A DNA stretch of 64,000 bases from Scyliorhinus canicula. Its lineage: Eukaryota. The notes beneath the pieces are model-generated. The model was not told the DNA's origin, made no database searches, and was given only the letters and a program-made list of their open reading frames with translations. Within the stretch, counting starts at the first letter, position 1. Every line of letters begins with the position of its first letter. Below, one piece after another: positions 49,035 to 61,167 of this stretch. The translations under genes and the position numbers were made by a program. Where the stretch lies: NCBI RefSeq assembly GCF_902713615.1, contig NC_052152.1:110286401-110350400 (forward strand). The letters run 5' to 3'.

Positions 49035-49655
49035 GGGCTAGATTCTCCGGTTGCCGACACTGAAATTGCATTCGGGGAACGGCTGGAGAATCCACATTTC
49101 CACTGAAATGGGGACGGCGCAGCTTTCGCATTGTTCCGTCCCCTCCAAAGCAGCGTACTTTTCGAGTACGCCATGCCACGTATCGATGACCTCAGGACAT
49201 TACCTGAATCCCGGTCCCCGATGCTCCGCCCCCGACCTGCCAAGTTCCCGGCGGCGTGGAACATGTGTGGCTCACCCATCGGGAACTCGGCGTGGCGGCT
49301 GTGGACAGAGTCCAGCGCCGCCACAGACATGGGTGGGCTGATCCGCAGGCGGGGGGGAACCATTATTCGGGGTTGGGAGCACTGTAGGGAGGTGGTCCGC
49401 GGCACGCGAGCCGGCCAAAGGGGGGGGGGACTATTTCACGGGCTTGGTCCGCGAGCGGCTGCCGCCATGTAACACGGACCCGGCAATTCTCCGGGGCATA
49501 TCGGCAGCTAGAGCTGTGTGCTCTACGCTGTCATTCTGCTAGTCCCCAGCAAAAGAAGGAATCGGTGGCCGTTTAACGCCAGTCTTTCTGCTGTAAAATG
49601 CTACTGTTCCCTCGCAGGTGTGGGGACATAGCCCCAGAATCGGAGAATCCAACCC
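49035..49655. mobile_element. Harbinger-type MITE
   Basis: TIRs GGGCTAGATTCTCC / GGAGAATCCAACCC; TSD ATT (49032-49034, 49656-49658). Confidence 0.85.
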
Positions 49656-51249
49656 ATTTTCTCTGTCTCTATTCTGTTAAGTCCTTTCAACATTTCTGAC
49701 ACTTTCAACAAAGCTCTTGAAGAAAATTGGGAAAGAGCACGAGCAAAAGAAAGAGTTCAAATTGATCTGTTAATATTATTGTGTGGTTATTGTTTGCAGC
49801 AGTATGGTTCCTTTACTGTAAATGTTACTTTTTGCAGAATTTACATGCTCAATTAGACCCAGCTGGAGTGCATTGTTGACACAAAATTTAATTTAATAAG
49901 TTTCTTTTGTTCCGAAGTTTGGTGTTTATTGTTTGTGCCTCTTAAATATTCAGGCACACTTTTCAAATGTTTTTTGATTGATGACCAGCCCATCCTAATT
50001 GGCAATTAAGATGATCTGAATTAAGCCCAGTTATAAACAGCTGATGTAATAATTAGGCTGATTGAGGGAAGACATGGTTGAACAACTTAAACTAACAATT
50101 GCTACACTACAAGGTTTTTTAAAATTAAGAAGCTGTGATTAAAGGGTGAAGACCCATTGGACAGGACAGAGTTGCCAGGGTTTAAACAAATAGGGGAGGA
50201 AGAAAAAAAAACACCTTAAAGTGTTGCTAAGCTTGCATCTTAAAATAATGTTCCCTGGGTCGAGAATTCCATATAGGAAAGAATGATTTGGAGCAGGAGA
50301 GTGAAACAGAAGAGTTGTATCATGAGCTAGGAGTGAACAATAAAAGAGCATTTATTTGGATCAGCAAGGATCATAGCAGTATTGATAAAATAAAGACAAA
50401 AAAAGTAGTTGTGATAGAGAATGAGAGCTTGTAAGCGAGGGAGGCGAAAGAATCTATCTTGTCCAGGAAGTGTTCTATAAGAATCTTTATAGATCGGAGC
50501 CACCTGGGGAGGGGTCGGATATGGTGGAGTTTTTGGATAGCTTGGGAGTGTCCCCAGGTAGAGGAGAAAGGTTAGGAAGGGATGGATGGAAGAGCCTTTG
50601 GGTTTAGGAGAGTCCTGAAGCTATTCGGTGAATGTAGACTGGTAAGGCTCCGAGGTCTGATGGGTTCCTGGTGGAATTTTATTAAAAGTTTGCAGGATGC
50701 TGGTACTGTTACTTGTGGAGATGTTTGAGGACTTAGTAGCACAGGGTTCCCTGCCTGAGACGTTGATGCAAGCTTCCATTTTGCTTCTCTTAAAGAAGGA
50801 TAAGACTCTGTGGAGTGTGGGTTGTACCACCCAATTTCCCTGTTAAATGTGGCTGCTAAGATATTAGCCAATGTATTAGCACTGAGGTTGGAGCAATGCC
50901 TCTCTCAGGTGATTGGGGAGGATCAGATGGGTTTCGTTAAGGATCGGCGAGTATTGTCTAACATGTGGCGGTTGCTAAATGTGTTTGTTGTCCCATCGGA
51001 GGGGACTGAGCATTGTTGCGCAGGATGCTAAGAAGGTTTTTGATAGGGTAGAATGAGGGTATTTGTTTGCGGTACTGGAAAAGTTTGGGATAGGGCCCAA
51101 GTTGCTGTTGTGGGTAAGTTTGTTGTATAAAGCCCTGATTGCCAGTGTCCGCACAAACGACATAAGCTCGGGCCATTTTCAGTTGAACAGGGGAATGAGA
51201 TGGGTGCCCTATGTCCCCCCTCATGTTTGCACTGGCGATCGAATCTTTG

Positions 51250-51416
51250 ATGTGGAGATGCCGGCATTGGACTGGGGTGAGCACAGTAAGAAGTCTTACA
51301 AAACCAGGTTAAAGTCCAACATGTTTGTTTCAAACACTAGCTTTCGGAGTACTGCTCCTTCCTCAGGTCAATCTGATTCACCTGAGGAAGGAGCAGTGCT
51401 CCAAAAGCTAGTGATA
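51250..51416. mobile_element. Penelope terminal remnant with a short inverted duplication
   Basis: Same family as 4008-4281; palindrome at 51335-51413; TSD GAATCTTTG. Confidence 0.75.
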
Positions 51417-52000
51417 GAATCTTTGGCATTGCCCTGAGGGCATCAGGTAGGTGGAGGGGGTTAATGAGGGGGGTTGGAGCATAGGGTGTGCCTGCACGCT
51501 GACGGTCTTCTCCCCGATCCCCACCATGGGCGATTATAATGGTGCTGCAGAAGCGCTTTGGCTCTTTTTTTAAGGTACAAGTTGAGCCTGGAAAAAAGTG
51601 AGAGTTTCCCAGTTATTTCCCAGGGAGAGGGGTCAATCTGGGGGTATTGCTGTTCTGCTTAGTGGGTTCGCATTTCAGATATCAGGTGGCTTGGGATTGG
51701 GCCTGGCTCCATAAGTTTAATTATATGTGCTTGGTGGGAAAGGTAAGGACCATTTTGGAGAGGTGGGATAGTCTCCCACTATCCCTGGCGACATGATTCA
51801 GTCGGTCAAGATGAAAATTTTACCAAGGTTTCTGTTCCTGTTCCAGCGTTTGCTGGTTTTTCTTCCGAAATCCTTTTTTGGGGGGGGAGTCAAGAATTGA
51901 TTTTGTCCTTTATTTTGGTGGGCAAAGTGAAGAGGGTTTGAAGGGCAGTCCTTCAGTGTGACCGACAGTGAGGGAACCTGATAAATTATTACTGGGTGGC

Positions 52001-52875
52001 TGTTGAAATGTTTTTCAGAGGCTGAGAATTAAACTGGCTTAGTTCTTACAAAGACTCACGGAGCCAGCAACTCTGTAAAGATGATTTTATTCTCCCAAGC
52101 TTGTTTAACGTACAAGGGAGGGTGATTCGGTTTCCAAATTACTCTAACTTTACATAGTTTGTGTTCATTATTATCCATTTGCAAAAATGGCTACCACTCC
52201 TCTCAGTTGGAAATAATCCAATCATTAGCTACAGATTATCTACAGTGACCAGTATAATTAACTCTTGTGCATCTTGGTCAACACGTGATCAACACGTGCT
52301 GCTCATGGCCAGCTGGTGTTTGTCAAGCCCCTCTTATCCATCATCCTGATGCCTTACACAAACAACCCTCTCCTTCCTACTGTATCTGACTTATGCCATT
52401 GTCTAATTAGTCGAGGCTGTTTGGATAAGGAATATTCCTGCTGAGCTGAACAGCTTGCATTCTTATGTGTCTGTCCTTCCTAAGAATGTGGTCAAGTCTG
52501 GTTGGTCTAAGTCCCATCATGCTTAGTGTGTAATCACTATCCTCGGTGCCCATACCCAGATGTATGCTGTCTGTTGCTCAGGTTTATGTTTGTTTGCTAC
52601 TGATCTTTGGTCTTGTTTATTGAGCAATCCAAGTACAAAGGTGTATGCTGGGTTATGCACTACTTGTGTCTTACTTACTTTACCCACTTAGGGACTGGTT
52701 TAGCTCACTGGGCTAAATCACTGGCTTTTAAAGCAGACCAAGCAGGCCAGCAGCACGGTTCGATTCCTGTACCAGCCTCCCCGGACAGGCGCCGGAATGT
52801 GGCGACTAGGGGCTTTTCACAGTAACTTCATTGAAGCCTACTCGTGACAATAAAGCGATTTTCATTTTCATTTCA
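52001..52875 (-). mobile_element. Solo LTR with a SINE at its end
   Basis: TGTTG...CA flanked by TSD GTGGC (51996-52000, 52876-52880); AATAAA on the minus strand at about 52086. Confidence 0.65.
52690..52875 (+). mobile_element. Short tRNA-derived SINE, full length
   Basis: GGGACTGGTTTAGCTCAC..GGTTCGATTCC head, shared tail, and (TTTCA)n end. Confidence 0.85.
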
Positions 52876-53137
52876 GTGGCGAATGCGGAGAAGGTGTTGC
52901 TCTGGTTTGAGGATCCGGAAGCAATTTGGGTATGGGTGGAGTGAAAGTCATGCAGGGAGTCTGGGTTGAGGGCACTCGCGACAGCCTCACTCCTGTTCTC
53001 ACCGGTGAAATATTTGGCAAATCCAGTGGTTGTCTCCACCCTGAAGATATAGAGACAATTTTGGGTATAGAGACAATTTTGGCAACATTTTAAATTGGGG
53101 GTGGTATTGGAGTTTACTCCGATCTCCGCAAATAAAT

Positions 53138-54002
53138 GGCCAGACTGTCCATTCCTGAGACTAAGTGTTGATGTGGGGCAGGATTCGTGGACTTAATGAC
53201 AGCAAAACTGACACCGCACCTGGACCGATTCAGCGACCATTGAGGGGCCAGCATCGGTGCCACATGGAACATGACCGATTCCAATGCAAAACTGTGTCTG
53301 ATTGACACTCAGGAGGCTGACAAACTGCAGCCGCATATGCACACTTCACTCCTCCCACACCCTCACCCCAGAAAACAAGATGGCACTGGTTGCACTGGAA
53401 TGCGCCCATCCTGTTGATGGGTCGGCTGTGGCCAGAGGGCACCTAGGTGGGTGGCCTGGGGCGACATCCATACGACCCATGGCGCTAAGTTCACAGTGGA
53501 CAGTCGGTGGCGCGCGTAGCTGCAAGGTTGCCTTGTGGCAATGGTGCTGTGTGCCCATCCACCTTGACCTCACAACCCACCCCCTGCCACCCCAGCTACC
53601 CACTCCCATCCCGGCCCTGGCAGAAGACCCCGACCAGCGGCACAAGTGTCTGCACACTATGGCAATGATGGACACTTTCCATACCCCTCCCCCTTTCCCC
53701 TCAGCAGTCAGAGAACCTGTTTCACGATTTTCTAAAGCACAAGTGAACCTCGCTGTCAGGAATCCACCCCCCCCCAGTGAAGACGGAGAATTGCGGAAGC
53801 CCCGAAGAACACCGGGTCAGGCCTGCTAATGATATGCAGATGGCGTTTACGTGCGGAATGGAAAGCATTGATGCCGCTTTCGAGGCATCGTAGAATTGTG
53901 ATTTGGCGTGAACCCGGCGGCCGCCATGATTTCAGCGTCAAAACCAATTCTCCGCCTAATCGCCTTTCCAATTTTGGCGTCAGCCGACAGAGAATTCAGC
54001 CC
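53138..54002. mobile_element. Non-autonomous Harbinger-type element
   Basis: Right TIR AGAGAATTCAGCCC; left TIR degenerate; L1 homology resumes on both sides. Confidence 0.6.
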
Positions 54003-54261
54003 CATATGTTTAAATCTGAGTTGTATGCCACGTTCAGAGGGTGGGAAGAGAAGGGTTTGGAAGGAATGGACGATCTGTTTTTGGAAGGACAGTTTACGAG
54101 TATTGAGGAATTGTCGGAGAAATTTGCGCTCTCACAATCTTGACTCGTTCAGATACAAGTTCATAACTTTGCAAAACGGATCTTTACAACATTCCATGTG
54201 GTGCCACCAACATTGTGAATGGAGAAGTTTATTCCGCCCGCAGTGTCTGAGGAGGAGAGTA

Positions 54262-54565
54262 TCTTTATTATTATAATCTTTATTAGTGTCACAAGTAGGC
54301 TCACATTAACACTGCAATGAAGTAACTATGAAAATCCCCTAGTCACCACACTCTGGCACCAGTTCAGGTACGCAGAGAGAGAATTCAGAATGTCCAATTC
54401 ACGGAACAAGCATGTCTTTCGGGACTTGTGGGAGGAAACCGGAGCACCCGGAAGAAACCCACGCAAACACGGGAGAATGTGCAGACTCCGCACAGACAGT
54501 GACCTAAGCTGGGAATCGAAACTGGGATCCTGGCTTTCTGAAGCAACAGAGCTAACCACTGTGCT
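54262..54565 (-). mobile_element. V-SINE with the shared tail, full length
   Basis: tRNA head, V-domain, and tail GTCACAAGTAGGC. Confidence 0.8.
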
Positions 54566-55094
54566 GGGTATCTATGGAAGGATTATGTCCGAACATGCAG
54601 GATCGTTGGATGGGTTAAGGTCAAGCCGGAGGAGGAGTTGGGGCAGATGTTGGAGGATGGGGTTTGGGGTGGGGCCCTGCGGAGGGTGAACTCCACACCA
54701 TCGTGTGCAAGGCTTGGCTTAGTACAGCTCAAAGTAGTGCATAGATCTCATTTAACTAGGTCCAGGATGAGCCTGATTTTTGTGGGAGTGGAGGACAAGT
54801 GCGAACATTATGGGAGGGGTCTGGCCACCATGTGCACATGTTCTGGGCGTATTCTATCTCATGGGGTTCTTAGTTTCCTTCGGCGATTCTGAAAATTGAT
54901 CTGGAGCCCTGTCTCTTGGTGACCATATTTGGGGTGTCTGACTTGCCAGAGCTGCAGTTGGGTGCGGGGGCCGATGTCCTGGCCTTCGCCTCGCCGATTG
55001 CTCAGAGGTGAGTGTTGATGGATTGAAGGGCAGCTTCTCCATCCAGTGCCTCAGTGTGGCAGGTGACTTTCTTGAGGTATAAGGATTCCAAAGA

Positions 55095-55442
55095 CACCTT
55101 GAGACGGGCACTTGAGGGGATATACTGATGATGGCAGCTTTTTCCCAGGATTACTAGTCAATTACTAGGGGACGTAGAGTTAAGGTGCGAGGGGCAAAGT
55201 TTAGAGGAGATGTGCGAGGGAAGTTTTTTATACAGTGTAGTGGGTGCCTGGATCTCGCTGTCGGAGGAGGTGGTGGAAGCAGGTACGATAGTGACGTTTA
55301 AGGGGCGTCATGACAAATACATGAATAGAATGGAAATAGAGGGATTCGAGTCCCAGAAGTGTAAAAGGTTTTAGTATGGTTGGCGCAGGCTTGGAGGGCC
55401 GAATAGCTCATTCCTATGCTGTACGTTTCTTTGTTCTTTGTT
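55095..55442 (+). mobile_element. CR1 3' fragment
   Basis: ACTAGGGGACGTAGAGTTAAGGTGCGAGGGG...GGAGGGCCGAA; (TTTGTTC)n tail. Confidence 0.7.
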
Positions 55443-55462
55443 TATTTTGTACTTCAAAGAGC

Positions 55463-55822
55463 TTAGAACAGTAGAACTTAGAACAGTACAGCACAAAACA
55501 GGCCCTTCGGCCCTCAATGTTGTGCCGAGTCATGATCACCCTACTCAAACCCACGTACCCACCCTATACCCGTAACCCAACAACCCCCCCCCCCCCAATT
55601 AACCTTACTTTTTTAGGACACTACGGGCAATTTATCATGGCCAATCCACCTCACCTACACATCTTTGGACTGTGGGAGGAAACCGGAGCACCCGGAGGAA
55701 ACCCACGCACACAGGGGGAGGACGTGCAGACTCCACACAGACAGTGACCCAGCCGGGAATCGAACCTGGGACCCTGGAGCTGTGAAGCATTTATACTAAC
55801 CACCATGCTACCCTGCTGCCCC
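55463..55822 (-). mobile_element. HE1-like V-SINE with a CR1-type tail
   Basis: tRNA head, V-domain, and GGCCCTTCGGCCC plus (TAGAAC)n-type tail. Confidence 0.8.
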
Positions 55823-56082
55823 ACGTTAGTTGCTGAGGGAGGATGGGGGTGAGGGTAGGGGGAGGGATTTGGGTTTTTTTCATGGGGGAGAGGTTTGTGA
55901 CAGGGGGTGTTGTTTAAGGTGGGATTTAGTGTTATGTGTAAAATGAAAAACGCTTGAATTTTTTTTTAAGTATTGAACGTTTACTGAGTTTGTGTTATCT
56001 GAAGTTTAAGAATCCCAAAGAAGTACACCAAAATCTCACCTCTTTGTGTCTTGAATCTCCTGAAACCTGTGCTGAAGACATT

Positions 56083-59044
56083 GGGAGTGATTCTCCAGAA
56101 AGATTTCTGTGTGTGGTAGCAAGCTGGAACTGCCGTGAGCTTCCCGGTGCTTAGCCCTGCGAGGTTGGCAATGCAATACGTTTATTGATCCTGTTAATGA
56201 GGTCCCATGGGTTTTCGCCCCAAATGAAGGCTCACCAGCCTATTCGCCGAGACCGCGCTCGCCAGACCCCTGCTAACAAGGTCGAGAAGAACTTAAATAG
56301 CACTTGCACAGTCAGCCCCACTCAGCTTGCAGCCGTGGCACCAAGGTAACCAGTCCCGAGATTTGGAGACATGGACCTGGGGAGGCGATGAGATGCGGTC
56401 AAGGCCAGGAGGGATCTCTTGTTCCCCTGAGGGTCCCAGAGGGTGAGCCACAGGGCATCCAGTGCCACCTGGGATGAAGTGGCAGTGGCCGTCAGCTCGG
56501 AAGCGTGACCAGGAGGACTGGCCTCCAGTGCTGCAAGAAGGTCAACGGCTCACACCAGGCCTCACGTGTGAGTTGACCCCCCCCAACCCAAACACCACCA
56601 CCACCACCATGAACTTCCCATGTGGCTAACGATGTCCTCTCTGTCTCTACAAGAGAAGCTGTCCCACAATCACTGGGAGAGGGCCCAGACTGGCAGATGG
56701 ATGCCTGACATAAAAAAACCTCACCACCTTGGAGGAACGGGCCCTGGAGGTTATGGGGTGGCTGGTGACAGAGCACCACCAATGCGGAGGTCGGCGCACG
56801 GCGTGGAGATAAGGATCCATTGGGCTCCACCCAGATAACCTGTCAAACCTGAGTTGTTATTGTCATACAGACTGACCCATCCCTCCCACTGACCAAGTGT
56901 CCATTCTTCTGCAGGGCCTCCAGCCAACGGTGCCGGCCACTTCCCTGCGTCCTACAGGACCACTTCGGAGGAGAGCTCTAAGGATGCCACAATCGATATG
57001 TCACAGCTGTCATCTCCTCCCTCCACCAGCGCAGATACACACAATAGTGGGCAATGTTGGTGGACAGGCTTCTAGGATACAATTTGGTGAGCACCACACA
57101 GTCACTGATGCACATCAGGTGGAGCCAGGAACAGCAGTCGGAGGGCTGTTGGATCCCGGGTCTCATCCAGATGCTGAGCCTCTGGACCATTCTATCCCGG
57201 AGTTGATAGAGACATTAGGGAGCGGCCAGGACATACAGAGGCAATGTCAGTGACACTCCAGCTGGCCCATAGCCAATTGGAGGAGTCCGAGAGGCTACGG
57301 GCGCAGGAGATGTCGCTGGCAATGTGTGGCACCGAGGCCAACACTGCTAGGGTGGCGACTGTAGTGGAGACCCTGATGCACAACGTCAGCAGCATTAATG
57401 GAGGTGACCAAGGTGTCGCGCAGTCAGTGATGGCCATGCCTGAGGGCCTCGGCTGATTGTCTGACCTCCTGGGGGACGTGACCCAGTACCAGACTGACTT
57501 TGATGGGACGCAGCGGGGTATGTCCCGGTCTCCTATAGGAATGGCTGAGGCGCTGCGGAGCTTGTCCCAGTCGCAGGTGGGCATTGCTGAGGCACTGCCG
57601 AGCATGGCCCAATCACTGTGGACTATCTCCGAGGGCGTTAAAACCATCATGCAGACAAAGGGGAGCCACCAGGGCTGTCAAAGACAGATGACGCAGGGTC
57701 AGCCAAGGCTCAGTCCAGCTGTCCCTTCATTCCAAGGTGACTCCCAGGGCACTGACCAGGAGGAGGGGCCACAGGATGACAACGCGGACCCATCCTGGCA
57801 ACAGTGGCCACTAGTTCCCCAGAGTTACACCCCCTGTTAAGGCCGCATCTCGCAGCCCGCACCAGGAACACGGCGGCAAGGCTGTGCATGTACTACTGTC
57901 AAGTGCGCCGGGGCCCTCTGGCCCCAAAGGACGCCCGCTAGGGGCATCGAAGGCCACGGGATGATGAAAGCAGCTGGCTGCCTCCACCTCTGATGTGCGT
58001 CCTGGGGATACACCTAGACGTAGCAGCAGTGCAAGGAAGGCCAAGCACTTTGAGAATCACTGAGGGGGCGTGGTGGGGGAGTAAGGAGTGGAGTGTGCGT
58101 TGGGGCCGGGTTGGTAAAGGGGGGATAGTGGGGAGGCACCATTAGGAGAGTGGGGTAGTGGTGTACATTTTTACAAGGAACATTAAAATACCTCACCACA
58201 ACCAGTATGATGCCCCTAGCTCTTCGTTCCACGTTGCGGGCTAACCACCAATCCCATTCCCCCCAGACATACCACCCCCCCCCCCCCCCCCCCCCCCCCC
58301 CCACCCGACATGCCCTTTCCCCGCACACCAGACCGCAGACAGGTGCCTGGGGCTGAGGCCCATCCCCTGGGTGATCGAAGGTTGTTCGCTGCATCTATGA
58401 TGCTGACTCCGGCAGTATCTGGTCCATGCATCAACCTGTGATTGGGATGCTAGGCAATGAGCCCCATGTCTCATGGCCCGCCCACCCACAGGGATCCACT
58501 TGGGATGTGTGAAGTGCTCATTTAACCAGGATTGCCAATTCCCATTAGCAATAGCCTTCAGCCGCACGGCCAGAGGCCTCCGCAGTAAGTGGGAGTTATG
58601 GGTGATCAGGACAGAAACACATGGTCCATGGGTTGGCATGGAGGACCTACGCATGATCGAACCCATCCCTGACATCCCCTGTCCACCATGGCACAACCCC
58701 AATCGTGCTGCACCCCCTTCCCCCTCTGTCTCACTGCCTGTGGGCGAAGATGGCAGCTCACCTCCCGGTTCCCTGCAGCAGCCCATCCGCCAGGTTCATA
58801 TGTTTCAAAAAGAGTAGTAATCATCACCAGTGTGAGCACTTGCGAAGGAGATCACTGAATATCGGGTGGCTCACGTTAATTGTATGAAATAGGACTTAGG
58901 CGGGATCCTGATTTCGCCTACAGGAGCAGCCAATTGCACTACGAAAAGCTTGGCGCCCAGCTCAGTTGACGTTTTGGCCTCTCCCTCTTCACCGGCCTTT
59001 ATTGCGCTCTTGCTCAAGTGAAACAAGGCCAGAGAATCGCATCC
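56083..59044 (+). mobile_element. Harbinger element retaining the Myb/SANT-like gene, with no recognisable transposase
   Basis: TIRs GGGAGTGATTCTCC / AGAGAATCGCATCC; TSD ATT (56080-56082, 59045-59047). Confidence 0.8.
56335..58053 (+). pseudogene. Three-exon Harbinger Myb/SANT-like DNA-binding protein gene, disrupted
   Basis: PRFGDMDL..DAVKARRDLLFP..WDEVAVAVS..RTGLQCCKKVN; donor GTGAGT at 56568; exon 2 EKLSHNHWERAQTG..LTTLEERALE; acceptor at about 56913. Confidence 0.7.
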
Positions 59045-61070
59045 ATTCATTTCAAAAGACCATTCAATTCAATTGAAAAGCCCCTCATCGCGAAGTGATT
59101 ATGGTAAATTATGTATTAATTACCAACCTCCCCGGACCAATGGTGGCACCAGCTCAGGTGAACATGAGCCAAATACACCTCAGTAAAACCTTGAAGTAGG
59201 CCTGCTGGAGCCATGTTGCAGCTGCTCTTTATATTTCTTCCATTTTAACTTCCCACCCATTCTTAGATGTTAAAATTGCCCACACTCCACTCAAACACAA
59301 CCATGTCTTTCAAAGAAAGTGTTTAGTCGCAATGGATCAACATAGAAATCCAATTACCCATCACAAAGCCATCAATTTAAATATGAGACCAATGTGTGGG
59401 AGGTGTGCTAAGAGAAATTTATGTTATTTGCTTTTAAACAATGTGATATGTAAAAAGTAATTATTCAACAATTTTTTTGGCAGTTTCAGATAAACCCTTG
59501 AGCTTTCTGTGAGTATCAGGGAATGAACCATGCATGAGTTCATGTAGGATTCCATTGTCACCATTTTCAGTAGGCGGGATTGATCCATTTAAAAAGTGGT
59601 TTTCATAATTGTACTTCATAATCGATACAATATTTGCAAAGTCGAAGTTCATGACCCAAAATTTTGGCATTGTCAATTGTCCACTCCCATATCTTATACA
59701 TTTTTAAAATATTATAATATTGTCCTCCTCCACTCTCCAACATCTCTGGATATTTTACTGCTCCTTTTACTGGAATATTTTATGTCTTGTAATTTGGTGT
59801 AACAGTACTTGTACCAGTTGGGAAAATATAGAAAATATTTCCCCCACAAGATTGCTGCATGTTAAAATCTTAGTCCTTCTTTAGAAGAAAGCAATAATTA
59901 GTTAATGTTGATTGCTCGGCGTGTCCGGTTGAGTCTGAGCAATTATAATATACAGATGGGTTGACATGTCTAATCAATGACACCATCACATTGGAAGCAT
60001 CATTATTATTCTGTATGTGCCTTGATGCATCAGTAAGGATTTAGGTGTCATTTTTTATTTCAAATTCAGTAGAAAAATGTTCACGCTTGCCTGGCAATAA
60101 CGAACACTATTAAATTGTGGCTTGAGTCACTACTGAGATGAGTTGAGGTAATTTAATCCATTTTACTCTTTCAGAGGGTTGGGGAATCATTTCAAACTGC
60201 ATTGATAAGCTCAGTGAGTAGTTGAATCAGGCACATGAAAGATACCAGGTTAGATCTTGGGTTTGTGCAGAGTTCACTAAAACAGTGGGCACTTGGCACT
60301 GGGTTTGAGAATGTGAGCATTAGATCAGAATGAGTTGGACAATGAGATCAAAACTGGGAAACGTAATATTCAGGGATATTTGATCTTTCGGAAGGACAGG
60401 AGAGAACAAAAATGTGGTGGGTTGGCACTGTTAAAATGAGGACAGTTGTGAAAGATAATCAAGACTTGGATGATGCAAAGTCCATTTGGGTGGAGGTAAA
60501 TAACAGCAAGGGAAATAACGGTGTATAGACCGCCCAAACAGAATCAACACTGTAGGAAAGGCTGTAAATCAACAAAATAGCAGGAGTATGTAAAAAGAAT
60601 AGAGCAACCATTATGAATGACTTTAATCTTCATGTTGTTTGGGTTATTATTATTACTATTATTATTCTTAATCAAGTTGGCAAGGGTAGCTAGAACAACG
60701 ATTGGGAATAGCTTCCCAGAGCAATATATCATGAAGCCAACCAGGGAATAATCTATCTTGGGTCTGATAATGAGGCAAATTTAATAAATGTCCTCAGAGT
60801 AAAAAATCCCCTATGAAGTAGTAGTCATAACGTGATAGAATTTAATATTCAGATTGAGAGTGACAAACTTGGGTTGGAAACAACGGTCTTTAACTTAAGT
60901 TAAATGGATCGAGTTGCTGAAGTGGACTGGTTGGACAGATTAGAAGGAAAGACCGTAAACAACCAGTGGCAGAACTTTAAGGTAATTCATGACTCTCAGA
61001 AAAAATATATCCCAGTAAGGAGGGGAGGTTCTAAGAGTGCGATAAACCAACCGTGGTTAACAAGGAAGTT

Positions 61071-61167
61071 ACCTGAAGTCAGCTCCACCTGAAGAAGGAG
61101 CCGTGCTCCGAAAGCTCGTGTTTGAAACAAACCTGTTGGACTTTAACCTGGTGTTGTAAGACTTCTT
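61071..61167 (+). mobile_element. Minimal Penelope remnant carrying a hammerhead motif
   Basis: TSD ACAAGGAAGTT; same family as 4008-4281. Confidence 0.75.
61086..61120 (+). ncRNA. Minimal type-I hammerhead ribozyme motif
   Basis: CAC-CTGAAGA-A-GGAGC-CGT-GCTCC-GAAA-GC-TC-GTG: stem I, core CUGANGA, stem II, GAAA, palindromic mini stem III, and a UH cleavage site. Confidence 0.6.

Larger units (their letters stand above)
50400..55970 (+). mobile_element. 5'-truncated L1 (RT to 3' end) with many nested insertions
   Basis: YHPISLLNVAAKILA, DAKKVFDRVE and ARLGLVQLKVVHRSH; collinear with 28740-31400. Confidence 0.85.

Noticed and set aside
52690-52775. tRNA gene
   Set aside because: It is a SINE head: it runs into a repeat tail and has several diverged copies in the window.
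59461-59676. 71-aa ORF with HELMH and SIMKY (metzincin-like words)
   Set aside because: The motifs are in the wrong order, the extended zinc motif is absent, and there is no supporting exon structure.
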